A DNA stretch of 64,000 nt from Escherichia coli (GCF_016026235.1 NZ_CP065613.1), one strand, 5' to 3'; positions 23,612 to 34,845 are shown, counted from the stretch's first letter. The notes: generated by a model from the letters alone, not told the origin. Program-made: numbers and translations.

Positions 23612-24766
23612 ATGCCAGAAAATTACACCCCTGCTGCCGCCGCATCCGGTACATGGACTGAAGAAGAGATCCGCCATCAGCCTCGCGCATGGATCCGTTC
23701 ACTCACCAACATCGACGCGCTACGTTCCGCGCTCAATAACTTCCTTGAACCGTTACTGCGCAAAGAGAATCTGCGGATCATCCTGACCGGAGCCGGAACC
23801 TCGGCATTTATCGGTGACATCATCGCGCCGTGGCTCGCCAGCCATACCGGTAAAAACTTCAGCGCCGTACCAACCACCGATCTGGTCACTAATCCGATGG
23901 ACTACCTGAACCCAGCTCATCCGCTGCTGTTGATCTCCTTCGGTCGATCCGGCAACAGCCCGGAAAGCGTCGCTGCCGTGGAACTGGCAAATCAATTTGT
24001 ACCGGAATGCTATCACCTGCCGATTACCTGCAACGAAGCGGGCGCTCTTTACCAAAACGCGATCAACAGCGATAACGCGTTTGCCCTGCTGATGCCCGCA
24101 GAAACGCACGATCGCGGCTTTGCGATGACCAGCAGCATTACCACCATGATGGCCAGCTGCCTCGCGGTTTTCGCACCTGAGACGATCAACAGCCAAACCT
24201 TCCGCGACGTGGCGGATCGTTGCCAGGCGATCCTGACCTCACTGGGCGATTTCAGCGAAGGTGTGTTTGGTTACGCACCGTGGAAACGGATCGTTTATCT
24301 CGGCAGCGGTGGCTTACAGGGCGCAGCACGCGAGTCGGCGCTGAAAGTGCTGGAACTGACGGCGGGTAAACTGGCGGCCTTTTATGATTCTCCAACCGGA
24401 TTCCGTCATGGACCAAAATCGCTGGTCGATGACGAAACGCTGGTGGTGGTATTTGTCTCCAGCCACCCTTACACCCGTCAGTATGATCTTGATCTGCTGG
24501 CTGAACTCCGCCGTGACAACCAGGCAATGCGCGTAATCGCCATCGCCGCGGAAAGCAGCGACATCGTCGCTGCCGGTCCACATATCATCCTACCGCCGTC
24601 ACGTCACTTTATCGACGTTGAGCAGGCATTTTGCTTCCTGATGTACGCCCAGACGTTTGCACTGATGCAGTCGCTGCACATGGGCAATACGCCGGATACC
24701 CCATCAGCCAGTGGCACCGTTAACCGCGTGGTGCAAGGCGTAATCATTCATCCGTGGCAGGCATAA
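23612..24766 (+). CDS. agaS: galactosamine-6-phosphate deaminase/isomerase (SIS domains)
   Basis: 384-aa ORF, SD aaggattgag. Confidence 0.9.
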   Translation: MPENYTPAAAASGTWTEEEIRHQPRAWIRSLTNIDALRSALNNFLEPLLRKENLRIILTGAGTSAFIGDIIAPWLASHTGKNFSAVPTTDLVTNPMDYLNPAHPLLLISFGRSGNSPESVAAVELANQFVPECYHLPITCNEAGALYQNAINSDNAFALLMPAETHDRGFAMTSSITTMMASCLAVFAPETINSQTFRDVADRCQAILTSLGDFSEGVFGYAPWKRIVYLGSGGLQGAARESALKVLELTAGKLAAFYDSPTGFRHGPKSLVDDETLVVVFVSSHPYTRQYDLDLLAELRRDNQAMRVIAIAAESSDIVAAGPHIILPPSRHFIDVEQAFCFLMYAQTFALMQSLHMGNTPDTPSASGTVNRVVQGVIIHPWQA

Positions 24767-25639
<873 letters not shown>

Positions 25640-25733
25640 TCATTAGTTTTTTATGATTTATCCCAATGTACTTCCCGATTAATATCGGGGAGTGCCTTAA
25701 TGGAAAAGGAGATGACTAAACCTTAATAAATAC

Positions 25734-25742
25734 ATCAGTACA
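25734..25742. repeat. left copy of 9-bp target-site duplication ATCAGTACA
   Basis: Identical 9-mer directly abuts both IS1 ends. Confidence 0.9.
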
Positions 25743-25757
25743 GGTAATGACTCCAAC

Positions 25758-26261
25758 TTATTGATAGTGTTTTATGTTCAGATAATGCCCGATGACTTTG
25801 TCATGCAGCTCCACCGATTTTGAGAACGACAGCGACTTCCGTCCCAGCCGTGCCAGGTGCTGCCTCAGATTCAGGTTATGCCGCTCAATTCGCTGCGTAT
25901 ATCGCTTGCTGATTACGTGCAGCTTTCCCTTCAGGCGGGATTCATACAGCGGCCAGCCATCCGTCATCCATATCACCACGTCAAAGGGTGACAGCAGGCT
26001 CATAAGACGCCCCAGCGTCGCCATAGTGCGTTCACCGAATACGTGCGCAACAACCGTCTTCCGGAGACTGTCATACGCGTAAAACAGCCAGCGCTGGCGC
26101 GATTTAGCCCCGACATAGCCCCACTGTTCGTCCATTTCCGCGCAGACGATGACGTCACTGCCCGGCTGTATGCGCGAGGTTACCGACTGCGGCCTGAGTT
26201 TTTTAAGTGACGTAAAATCGTGTTGAGGCCAACGCCCATAATGCGGGCAGTTGCCCGGCAT
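25758..26261 (-). CDS. insB: IS1 InsB (transposase C-terminal part, made as InsAB' by -1 frameshift)
   Basis: 167-aa [25 protein letters not shown]... Confidence 0.9.
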
Positions 26262-26455
26262 CCAACGCCATTCATGGCCATATCAATGATTTTCTGGTGC
26301 GTACCGGGTTGAGAAGCGGTGTAAGTGAACTGCAGTTGCCATGTTTTACGGCAGTGAGAGCAGAGATAGCGCTGATGTCCGGCGGTGCTTTTGCCGTTAC
26401 GCACCACCCCGTCAGTAGCTGAACAGGAGGGACAGCTGATAGAAACAGAAGCCAC
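26180..26455 (-). CDS. insA: IS1 InsA (transposition inhibitor / transposase N-terminal part)
   Basis: 91-aa [43 protein letters not shown] (zinc-finger + HTH). Confidence 0.9.
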
Positions 26456-26510
26456 TGGAGCACCTCAAAAACACCATCATACACTAAATCAGTAAGTTGG
26501 CAGCATCACC

Positions 26511-26519
26511 ATCAGTACA
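26511..26519. repeat. right copy of 9-bp target-site duplication ATCAGTACA
   Basis: Identical to 25734..25742. Confidence 0.9.
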
Positions 26520-26582
26520 ATATCGCAACAATAATATATTTAAAAAAATTATATTATTCAACTTTATGGTGAGGATTACACA

Positions 26583-27059
26583 ATGAGCAGTCCAAATATT
26601 CTCTTAACCCGTATTGATAACCGTCTGGTTCACGGTCAGGTTGGCGTGACCTGGACATCCACCATCGGTGCGAATCTGCTGGTAGTCGTGGATGATGTTG
26701 TCGCTAACGATGATATTCAACAGAAATTAATGGGTATTACCGCAGAAACCTACGGCTTTGGCATTCGTTTCTTTACTATCGAAAAAACCATTAACGTCAT
26801 CGGCAAAGCTGCACCGCATCAGAAGATCTTCCTGATTTGCCGTACGCCACAAACGGTACGTAAATTGGTAGAAGGTGGCATTGACCTGAAAGATGTCAAC
26901 GTCGGCAATATGCATTTCTCGGAAGGGAAAAAGCAAATCAGCAGTAAAGTTTATGTCGATGACCAGGATCTCACGGACTTACGTTTTATTAAACAACGTG
27001 GCGTGAATGTTTTCATTCAGGACGTCCCTGGCGATCAAAAAGAACAAATCCCTGACTAA
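26583..27059 (+). CDS. agaB: PTS galactosamine-specific EIIB
   Basis: 158-aa ORF, paralogous to agaV (LTRIDNRLVHGQVG). Confidence 0.9.
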   Translation: MSSPNILLTRIDNRLVHGQVGVTWTSTIGANLLVVVDDVVANDDIQQKLMGITAETYGFGIRFFTIEKTINVIGKAAPHQKIFLICRTPQTVRKLVEGGIDLKDVNVGNMHFSEGKKQISSKVYVDDQDLTDLRFIKQRGVNVFIQDVPGDQKEQIPD

Positions 27060-27097
27060 ATCTAAAATCGCCTTAATATTGGTTTGAGGTAATAAAA

Positions 27098-27901
27098 ATG
27101 CATGAAATAACCCTACTTCAGGGATTATCCCTGGCGGCGTTAGTTTTCGTTCTGGGGATTGATTTTTGGCTGGAAGCCTTATTTTTATTCCGCCCGATAA
27201 TCGTTTGTACCCTAACTGGCGCTATTCTCGGTGATATTCAGACTGGCTTAATTACCGGTGGTCTGACAGAGTTGGCTTTCGCCGGATTAACCCCTGCAGG
27301 TGGTGTTCAGCCGCCCAACCCGATTATGGCGGGTCTGATGACCACCGTCATTGCATGGTCTACGGGCGTTGATGCCAAAACAGCAATTGGTCTTGGCCTG
27401 CCGTTTAGTTTGTTAATGCAGTACGTCATTCTGTTCTTCTATTCCGCTTTCTCATTATTTATGACCAAAGCCGATAAATGCGCGAAAGAGGCGGATACGG
27501 CAGCGTTTTCCCGGCTTAACTGGACAACGATGCTCATCGTCGCTTCAGCGTATGCGGTGATTGCGTTCCTCTGTACTTACCTGGCACAAGGGGCGATGCA
27601 GGCGCTGGTGAAAGCGATGCCCGCCTGGTTGACCCACGGCTTTGAAGTGGCTGGCGGTATTCTGCCTGCCGTTGGTTTTGGCTTGCTGCTGCGCGTAATG
27701 TTCAAAGCGCAATATATCCCTTACCTGATCGCCGGTTTCCTGTTTGTTTGCTACATCCAGGTCAGCAACCTGTTGCCGGTTGCCGTACTGGGCGCAGGCT
27801 TTGCGGTGTATGAGTTTTTCAATGCGAAATCCCGGCAGCAAGCGCAACCGCAGCCCGTTGCCAGTAAAAATGAAGAAGAGGACTACAGCAATGGGATCTG
27901 A
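27098..27901 (+). CDS. agaC: PTS galactosamine-specific EIIC
   Basis: 267-aa membrane ORF. Confidence 0.9.
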   Translation: MHEITLLQGLSLAALVFVLGIDFWLEALFLFRPIIVCTLTGAILGDIQTGLITGGLTELAFAGLTPAGGVQPPNPIMAGLMTTVIAWSTGVDAKTAIGLGLPFSLLMQYVILFFYSAFSLFMTKADKCAKEADTAAFSRLNWTTMLIVASAYAVIAFLCTYLAQGAMQALVKAMPAWLTHGFEVAGGILPAVGFGLLLRVMFKAQYIPYLIAGFLFVCYIQVSNLLPVAVLGAGFAVYEFFNAKSRQQAQPQPVASKNEEEDYSNGI

Positions 27902-28682
27902 AATCAGTAAAAAAGATATCACCCGTCTGGGCTTTCGTTCGTCGCTGCTGCAAGCGAGCTTTAACTACGAAAGGATGCAGGCGGGCGGTTTTACCTGGGC
28001 GATGTTGCCGATCCTGAAAAAGATTTATAAGGACGACAAACCGGGCCTAAGCGCGGCGATGAAAGATAACCTCGAATTTATTAATACCCACCCGAATCTG
28101 GTCGGATTCCTGATGGGGTTATTAATTTCGATGGAAGAAAAAGGAGAAAACCGCGACACCATTAAAGGCCTCAAAGTGGCACTGTTTGGCCCAATCGCCG
28201 GGATTGGCGATGCGATTTTCTGGTTTACTTTGTTGCCGATTATGGCGGGAATTTGCTCATCATTTGCCAGCCAGGGAAACCTGCTGGGGCCGATTCTATT
28301 TTTCGCCGTTTACCTGCTTATCTTTTTCCTGCGCGTCGGCTGGACCCACGTCGGTTATTCAGTCGGCGTGAAGGCGATCGATAAAGTGCGAGAGAACTCG
28401 CAGATGATTGCTCGCTCGGCAACCATCCTCGGGATCACGGTAATCGGGGGGCTGATCGCTTCGTATGTGCATATTAACGTGGTGACATCGTTTGCCATCG
28501 ACAGTACCCACAGCGTCGCACTGCAACAGGATTTCTTCGATAAAGTCTTCCCGAACATTTTACCGATGGCCTACACCCTGCTGATGTATTACTTCCTGCG
28601 GGTGAAAAAAGCGCATCCGGTGCTGTTAATCGGCGTGACTTTTGTGCTCTCTATTGTTTGTTCCGCATTCGGCATTTTGTAA
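27891..28682 (+). CDS. agaD: PTS galactosamine-specific EIID
   Basis: ORF track 27744..28682; ATG at 27891 gives 263 aa (MGSEISKKDITRLGF); overlaps agaC end. Confidence 0.85.
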   Translation: MGSEISKKDITRLGFRSSLLQASFNYERMQAGGFTWAMLPILKKIYKDDKPGLSAAMKDNLEFINTHPNLVGFLMGLLISMEEKGENRDTIKGLKVALFGPIAGIGDAIFWFTLLPIMAGICSSFASQGNLLGPILFFAVYLLIFFLRVGWTHVGYSVGVKAIDKVRENSQMIARSATILGITVIGGLIASYVHINVVTSFAIDSTHSVALQQDFFDKVFPNILPMAYTLLMYYFLRVKKAHPVLLIGVTFVLSIVCSAFGIL

Positions 28683-29438
28683 ATGGAACGAGGCACTGCG
28701 TCTGGCGGTGCCTCTTTACTTAAGGAATTTCATCCTGTGCAAACCCTTCAGCAAGTTGAAAACTATACGGCGTTAAGTGAACGTGCCAGCGAATATTTAT
28801 TGGCCGTGATCCGTAGCAAACCGGATGCCGTGATTTGCCTGGCGACCGGAGCCACGCCATTACTGACGTATCATTATCTGGTAGAAAAAATCCACCTGCA
28901 GCAGGTTGATGTCAGCCAGCTCACCTTCGTCAAGCTCGACGAATGGGTGGATCTGCCATTAACGATGCCTGGCACCTGCGAAACTTTCCTGCAACAGCAT
29001 ATCGTGCAGCCGCTGGGGCTACGTGAAGACCAGCTCATCAGCTTTCGCTCCGAAGAGATAAATGAGACAGAGTGCGAACGGGTAACGAACCTGATTGCGC
29101 GCAAAGGCGGTCTGGATTTATGCGTTCTCGGATTGGGGAAAAACGGTCATCTTGGGCTGAACGAACCGGGAGAAAACCTGCAACCGGCCTGCCATATCAG
29201 TCAACTTGATGCCAGAACACAGCAACATGAGATGTTAAAAACCGCGGGTCGCCCCGTGACTCGTGGGATCACCTTAGGCCTGAAGGATATTCTCAATGCC
29301 CGCGAGGTTTTGTTACTGGTGACTGGCGAAGGAAAGCAGGATGCGACAGAACGTTTTCTCACGGCTAAAGTCTCTACCTCTATCCCGGCTTCGTTTTTGT
29401 GGCTGCACAGTAACTTTATTTGTTTAATTAATACCTAA
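28683..29438 (+). CDS. agaI: galactosamine-6-phosphate isomerase/deaminase-like (NagB family)
   Basis: 251-aa ORF. Confidence 0.85.
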   Translation: MERGTASGGASLLKEFHPVQTLQQVENYTALSERASEYLLAVIRSKPDAVICLATGATPLLTYHYLVEKIHLQQVDVSQLTFVKLDEWVDLPLTMPGTCETFLQQHIVQPLGLREDQLISFRSEEINETECERVTNLIARKGGLDLCVLGLGKNGHLGLNEPGENLQPACHISQLDARTQQHEMLKTAGRPVTRGITLGLKDILNAREVLLLVTGEGKQDATERFLTAKVSTSIPASFLWLHSNFICLINT

Positions 29439-29838
29439 CCAGATGAAAAATTTGCTCAAAATGTTTAAATTAACTTATTCAACAGTCACGCATTATATTA
29501 AATAACATTTGACTGGGTTGAACATAACGCCAATAGCAAAAGGAGTTATGTTCAACAATTTAATTTTAGATATACATATAACTTGTTCTATTAATAAACC
29601 ATCTCGTATTCTGACTCGCCCCTTGGCCCAGCAAAGTCAGGCATTTATACTCTTTTTAACACATAGAAAATTCATATAAATATAATAAAAACATCAAATA
29701 TTTGCATATAAATATAATCTTAAAGTTTAGCCTATTTAATGTTCAATGAAATATTTCTACCTGTATAATCTTTAAAGATGTTGAACATATATTCACATTA
29801 AATATGATTATGTACTTGTTACAAGGATAAGGTTATAA
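29439..29838 (+). promoter_or_regulatory. AT-rich upstream region of yraH fimbrial operon with direct and inverted repeats
   Basis: 400 bp strongly AT-rich; direct repeat catataaatataat twice; inverted repeat ttgaacataac...gttatgttcaa. Confidence 0.4.
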
Positions 29839-30423
29839 ATGAATAAAGTTACAAAAACAGCTATTGCGGGCTTACTTGCGCTTTTCGCAGGTAATGCCGC
29901 TGCAACCGATGGTGAAATAGTTTTTGATGGCGAGATTTTAAAATCCGCTTGTGAAATCAATGACTCTGATAAGAAAATTGAAGTTGCTCTTGGTCACTAT
30001 AATGCCGAACAGTTTCGTTCTGTAGGCGATCGTAGCCCAAAAATTCCATTCACTATTCCTTTAGTTAACTGCCCAGTGACTGGGTGGGAGCACGATAACG
30101 GCAACGTTGAAGCGTCTTTCCGTTTATGGCTGGAAACGCGGGATAATGGTACCGTCCCTAACTTCCCTAACTTGGCAAAAGTGGGCTCTTTTGCTGGCAC
30201 AGCAGCAACAGGTGTGGGTATCCGTATTGACGATGCGGAAAGCGGAAACCTTATGCCACTAAATGCTATGGGCAATGATAACACAGTTTATCAGATCCCT
30301 GCGGACTCCGCTGGAGTTGTTAATGTTGACCTCATCGCTTACTACGTATCAACCGTTGAAGCATCAGAAATCACCCCAGGGGAAGCAGACGCTGTCGTTA
30401 ACGTAACGCTGGATTACCGTTAA
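29839..30423 (+). CDS. yraH: fimbrial major subunit-like protein
   Basis: 194-aa ORF with signal peptide MNKVTKTAIAGLLALFAGNAAA. Confidence 0.85.
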   Translation: MNKVTKTAIAGLLALFAGNAAATDGEIVFDGEILKSACEINDSDKKIEVALGHYNAEQFRSVGDRSPKIPFTIPLVNCPVTGWEHDNGNVEASFRLWLETRDNGTVPNFPNLAKVGSFAGTAATGVGIRIDDAESGNLMPLNAMGNDNTVYQIPADSAGVVNVDLIAYYVSTVEASEITPGEADAVVNVTLDYR

Positions 30424-30502
30424 TACGTTACGGCGTTATCTGACCTTTCAGATAACGCCCTTTTCCTTCCTCTTTCTCGTTGTATCAGGTTGAAAAATAA
30501 CT

Positions 30503-31198
30503 ATGTCAAAACGAACATTCGCGGTGATATTTACCTTGTTGTGTAGCTTCTGTATCGGCCAGGCGCTTGCAGGGGGTATCGTTTTACAGCGAACGCGAGT
30601 GATCTATGATGCCAGCCGCAAAGAGGCTGCGTTACCTGTCGCAAACAAAGGCGCAGAAACACCTTATTTACTGCAATCATGGGTAGATAATATAGATGGT
30701 ACAAGCCGTGCCCCATTTATTATAACCCCACCGCTATTTCGTCTTGAAGCTGGCGATGATTCATCACTGCGAATTATTAAAACAGCTGATAACCTGCCTG
30801 AAAATAAAGAGTCGCTGTTCTACATTAATGTTCGTGCCATTCCAGCAAAGAAAAAATCAGATGATGTTAATGCTAACGAGTTGACGCTGGTATTTAAAAC
30901 ACGGATCAAAATGTTTTATCGCCCCGCACACTTGAAGGGGTTGGTCAACGATGCGTGGAAATCACTGGAATTTAAACTTAGTGATCATTCACTCAATATA
31001 TATAACCCAACTGAATATTACGTCGTATTTGCCGGACTGGCAGTCGATAAAGCCGATCTCACAAGCAAAATTGAATATATCGCGCCCGGAGAACATAAAC
31101 AGTTACCACTTCCAGCATCTGGCGGAAAGAACGTGAAATGGGCTGCAATCAATGATTATGGCGGCAGTTCCGGGACAGAAACTCGTCCACTGCAATAA
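30503..31198 (+). CDS. yraI: periplasmic fimbrial chaperone (PapD-like)
   Basis: 231-aa ORF with signal peptide. Confidence 0.85.
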   Translation: MSKRTFAVIFTLLCSFCIGQALAGGIVLQRTRVIYDASRKEAALPVANKGAETPYLLQSWVDNIDGTSRAPFIITPPLFRLEAGDDSSLRIIKTADNLPENKESLFYINVRAIPAKKKSDDVNANELTLVFKTRIKMFYRPAHLKGLVNDAWKSLEFKLSDHSLNIYNPTEYYVVFAGLAVDKADLTSKIEYIAPGEHKQLPLPASGGKNVKWAAINDYGGSSGTETRPLQ

Positions 31199-31226
31199 CA
31201 AATATAAAAACACAGGTCATCAGGGA

Positions 31227-33743
31227 ATGCCACAACGACACCACCAGGGACATAAACGCACACCGAAACAGTTGGCGCTCATTATCAAACGCTGTTTGCC
31301 GATGGTGCTCACTGGCAGCGGCATGCTTTGCACTACCGCTAACGCCGAAGAGTATTATTTCGACCCCATTATGCTGGAAACCACAAAAAGTGGTATGCAA
31401 ACAACCGATCTGTCACGTTTTTCAAAAAAATACGCACAACTACCAGGAACTTATCAGGTTGATATCTGGCTGAATAAAAAGAAGGTTTCACAGAAAAAAA
31501 TTACATTTACCGCCAATGCAGAGCAACTTCTGCAGCCACAGTTTACGGTAGAACAACTACGTGAGCTGGGTATTAAGGTGGATGAAATCCCGGCGCTGGC
31601 TGAAAAAGATGACGATAGCGTGATCAACTCGCTTGAACAAATCATTCCCGGTACAGCTGCTGAATTTGATTTCAATCATCAGCGACTTAATTTGAGCATT
31701 CCCCAAATTGCACTGTACCGTGATGCAAGAGGTTACGTCTCCCCTTCTCGTTGGGACGATGGTATACCAACGCTGTTTACCAACTACTCGTTTACAGGTT
31801 CTGATAACCGTTACCGCCAGGGCAATCGTAGCCAACGACAGTACCTGAATATGCAAAATGGTGCTAATTTTGGCCCCTGGCGATTACGCAACTATTCCAC
31901 ATGGACACGCAACGATCAGACATCAAGCTGGAATACCATCAGTAGTTATTTACAACGTGATATCAAGGCATTGAAGTCTCAGTTGCTTCTGGGAGAAAGC
32001 GCCACCAGCGGCAGTATTTTTTCCAGCTACACCTTTACTGGCGTGCAACTCGCTTCCGACGATAATATGTTGCCAAACAGCCAGCGCGGATTTGCCCCAA
32101 CGGTACGCGGTATCGCAAACAGTAGTGCAATCGTGACTATCAGGCAAAATGGTTATGTGATCTATCAAAGCAACGTGCCAGCGGGTGCCTTTGAAATTAA
32201 CGATCTCTACCCCTCTTCCAACAGCGGCGATTTAGAAGTCACGATTGAAGAAAGTGACGGTACGCAACGTCGCTTTATCCAGCCTTATTCTTCATTACCC
32301 ATGATGCAGCGACCTGGGCATCTAAAATATAGCGCGACCGCTGGACGCTATCGCGCTGATGCAAACAGTGATAGCAAAGAACCCGAATTTGCTGAAGCCA
32401 CGGCAATATATGGTTTGAATAATACTTTTACGCTGTATGGCGGCCTGCTCGGTTCTGAAGATTATTATGCGCTGGGGATCGGTATCGGCGGCACACTTGG
32501 CGCACTGGGCGCGTTGTCGATGGATATCAACAGAGCTGACACCCAATTCGATAACCAGCACTCTTTTCATGGCTATCAATGGCGTACGCAGTACATCAAA
32601 GATATCCCGGAAACCAACACCAATATCGCTGTCAGCTACTATCGCTATACCAACGATGGCTATTTTAGTTTTGATGAAGCCAATACCCGCAATTGGGACT
32701 ATAACAGTCGCCAAAAAAGTGAAATTCAATTCAACATCAGCCAGACAATATTTGATGGGGTAAGTCTGTATGCCTCCGGTTCACAGCAAGACTATTGGGG
32801 CAATAACGAGAAAAACAGGAATATCTCTGTTGGGGTTTCCGGCCAGCAATGGGGAATTGGTTACAGCCTGAATTATCAATACAGCCGCTACACTGATCAA
32901 AATAATGACCGCGCACTCTCTTTGAATCTCAGTATTCCGTTAGAACGCTGGTTACCGCGTAGCCGGGTTTCCTATCAGATGACCAGCCAGAAAGATCGCC
33001 CAACCCAACATGAAATGCGTCTTGATGGCTCACTGCTGGATGATGGTCGCCTGAGCTATAGCCTGGAACAAAGTCTGGATGACGATAACAACCATAACAG
33101 TAGCCTGAACGCCAGTTACCGTTCACCTTATGGAACCTTCAGTGCCGGATACAGTTACGGTAATGACAGCAGCCAATACAATTACGGCGTTACCGGCGGC
33201 GTGGTTATCCATCCTCATGGCGTGACGCTCTCGCAATATCTGGGCAACGCTTTTGCGCTTATCGATGCTAACGGGGCATCTGGCGTGAGGATACAAAACT
33301 ATCCGGGGATTGCTACCGATCCCTTTGGCTATGCAGTGGTTCCTTATCTCACAACTTATCAGGAAAACCGTCTCTCGGTAGATACTACGCAGCTGCCCGA
33401 TAACGTCGATCTTGAACAAACAACACAGTTTGTGGTGCCCAACAGAGGTGCAATGGTAGCGGCGCGTTTCAACGCCAATATCGGTTATCGCGTACTTGTT
33501 ACAGTCAGCGATCGCAACGGTAAACCGTTGCCCTTTGGCGCTCTTGCCAGCAACGATGATACGGGGCAACAAAGTATCGTCGATGAGGGCGGCATACTAT
33601 ATCTCTCTGGGATATCGAGTAAATCACAAAGCTGGACTGTACGCTGGGGAAATCAGGCAGATCAACAATGTCAGTTTGCTTTTAGTACACCGGGTTCAGA
33701 ACCAACAACCTCTGTATTACAAGGCACAGCGCAGTGCCATTAA
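31227..33743 (+). CDS. yraJ: outer-membrane fimbrial usher
   Basis: ORF track 31152..33743; start placed at MPQRHHQGHK (838 aa). Confidence 0.8.
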   Translation: MPQRHHQGHKRTPKQLALIIKRCLPMVLTGSGMLCTTANAEEYYFDPIMLETTKSGMQTTDLSRFSKKYAQLPGTYQVDIWLNKKKVSQKKITFTANAEQLLQPQFTVEQLRELGIKVDEIPALAEKDDDSVINSLEQIIPGTAAEFDFNHQRLNLSIPQIALYRDARGYVSPSRWDDGIPTLFTNYSFTGSDNRYRQGNRSQRQYLNMQNGANFGPWRLRNYSTWTRNDQTSSWNTISSYLQRDIKALKSQLLLGESATSGSIFSSYTFTGVQLASDDNMLPNSQRGFAPTVRGIANSSAIVTIRQNGYVIYQSNVPAGAFEINDLYPSSNSGDLEVTIEESDGTQRRFIQPYSSLPMMQRPGHLKYSATAGRYRADANSDSKEPEFAEATAIYGLNNTFTLYGGLLGSEDYYALGIGIGGTLGALGALSMDINRADTQFDNQHSFHGYQWRTQYIKDIPETNTNIAVSYYRYTNDGYFSFDEANTRNWDYNSRQKSEIQFNISQTIFDGVSLYASGSQQDYWGNNEKNRNISVGVSGQQWGIGYSLNYQYSRYTDQNNDRALSLNLSIPLERWLPRSRVSYQMTSQKDRPTQHEMRLDGSLLDDGRLSYSLEQSLDDDNNHNSSLNASYRSPYGTFSAGYSYGNDSSQYNYGVTGGVVIHPHGVTLSQYLGNAFALIDANGASGVRIQNYPGIATDPFGYAVVPYLTTYQENRLSVDTTQLPDNVDLEQTTQFVVPNRGAMVAARFNANIGYRVLVTVSDRNGKPLPFGALASNDDTGQQSIVDEGGILYLSGISSKSQSWTVRWGNQADQQCQFAFSTPGSEPTTSVLQGTAQCH

Positions 33744-33753
33744 GGATAAAAAA

Positions 33754-34845
33754 ATGAAAAGAGCGCCTCTTATAACAGGACTTTTGTTGATATCCACATC
33801 CTGCGCTTATGCCTCCTCAGGAGGGTGTGGAGCCGACAGCACTAGCGGTGCGACAAATTACAGCAGTGTGGTTGATGATGTTACGGTGAACCAGACAGAT
33901 AACGTGACAGGACGGGAGTTTACCTCTGCAACGCTAAGTAGCACTAACTGGCAATACGCCTGTTCCTGCTCTGCGGGTAAGGCAGTTAAACTTGTCTATA
34001 TGGTCAGCCCCGTACTTACCACCACTGGACATCAGACAGGATATTACAAACTCAATGACAGCCTGGATATTAAAACCACATTACAGGCAAACGACATTCC
34101 AGGACTCACAACCGACCAGGTTGTCTCTGTTAACACCCAATTCACACAGATAAAAAGCAGCACCGTATATTCTGCTGCAACCCAAACGGGTGTTTGCCAG
34201 GGTGACACGTCTCGTTATGGACCCGTTAATATTGGTGCAAATACCACCTTTACCCTGTATGTCACCAAGCCATTTCTCGGCTCGATGACCATTCCGAAAA
34301 CGGATATTGCCGTCATTAAAGGCGCGTGGGTCGATGGAATGGGAAGCCCGTCTACAGGTGACTTCCATGATTTAGTCAAGTTATCGATTCAGGGAAATCT
34401 CACCGCCCCACAGTCGTGCAAAATTAATCAGGGCGATGTTATTAAGGTTAATTTTGGATTCATCAATGGTCAGAAGTTTACCACCCGCAATGCCATGCCA
34501 GACGGTTTTACTCCAGTAGACTTTGATATCACTTATGACTGTGGTGATACTTCAAAGATTAAAAACTCGTTGCAAATGCGCATCGACGGTACAACTGGGG
34601 TAGTAGACCAGTACAACCTGGTCGCCAGGCGAAGAAGTTCAGACAATGTGCCCGATGTCGGTATTCGTATTGAAAATCTCGGCGGCGGAGTTGCAAATAT
34701 TCCTTTTCAGAACGGTATCCTTCCCGTTGATCCTTCCGGGCATGGCACCGTCAATATGCGCGCCTGGCCAGTTAATCTGGTCGGTGGTGAGCTGGAAACA
34801 GGAAAATTTCAGGGCACAGCCACCATTACCGTCATCGTGCGGTAA
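33754..34845 (+). CDS. yraK: fimbrial adhesin-like protein
   Basis: ORF track 33496..34845; ATG at 33754 gives MKRAPLITGLLLISTSCAYA signal peptide, 363 aa. Confidence 0.8.
   Translation: MKRAPLITGLLLISTSCAYASSGGCGADSTSGATNYSSVVDDVTVNQTDNVTGREFTSATLSSTNWQYACSCSAGKAVKLVYMVSPVLTTTGHQTGYYKLNDSLDIKTTLQANDIPGLTTDQVVSVNTQFTQIKSSTVYSAATQTGVCQGDTSRYGPVNIGANTTFTLYVTKPFLGSMTIPKTDIAVIKGAWVDGMGSPSTGDFHDLVKLSIQGNLTAPQSCKINQGDVIKVNFGFINGQKFTTRNAMPDGFTPVDFDITYDCGDTSKIKNSLQMRIDGTTGVVDQYNLVARRRSSDNVPDVGIRIENLGGGVANIPFQNGILPVDPSGHGTVNMRAWPVNLVGGELETGKFQGTATITVIVR

Larger units (their letters stand above)
25743..26510 (-). mobile_element. IS1 insertion sequence (768 bp), insA-insB on the minus strand
   Basis: Imperfect terminal inverted repeats ggtaatgactccaacttattgat / atcagtaagttggcagcatcacc; InsA and InsB ORFs; A6C frameshift motif; flanked by 9-bp direct repeats. 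Confidence 0.95.

Noticed and set aside
29548-29679. 43-codon ORF (MFNNLILDIHITCSINKPSRILTRPLAQQSQAFILFLTHRKFI) with an AGGAG-like sequence upstream, in the yraH control region
   Set aside because: Lies in an extremely AT-rich region where short ORFs arise by chance; SD spacing is poor (about 2-4 nt); no supporting evidence. Could be revisited with ribosome profiling.
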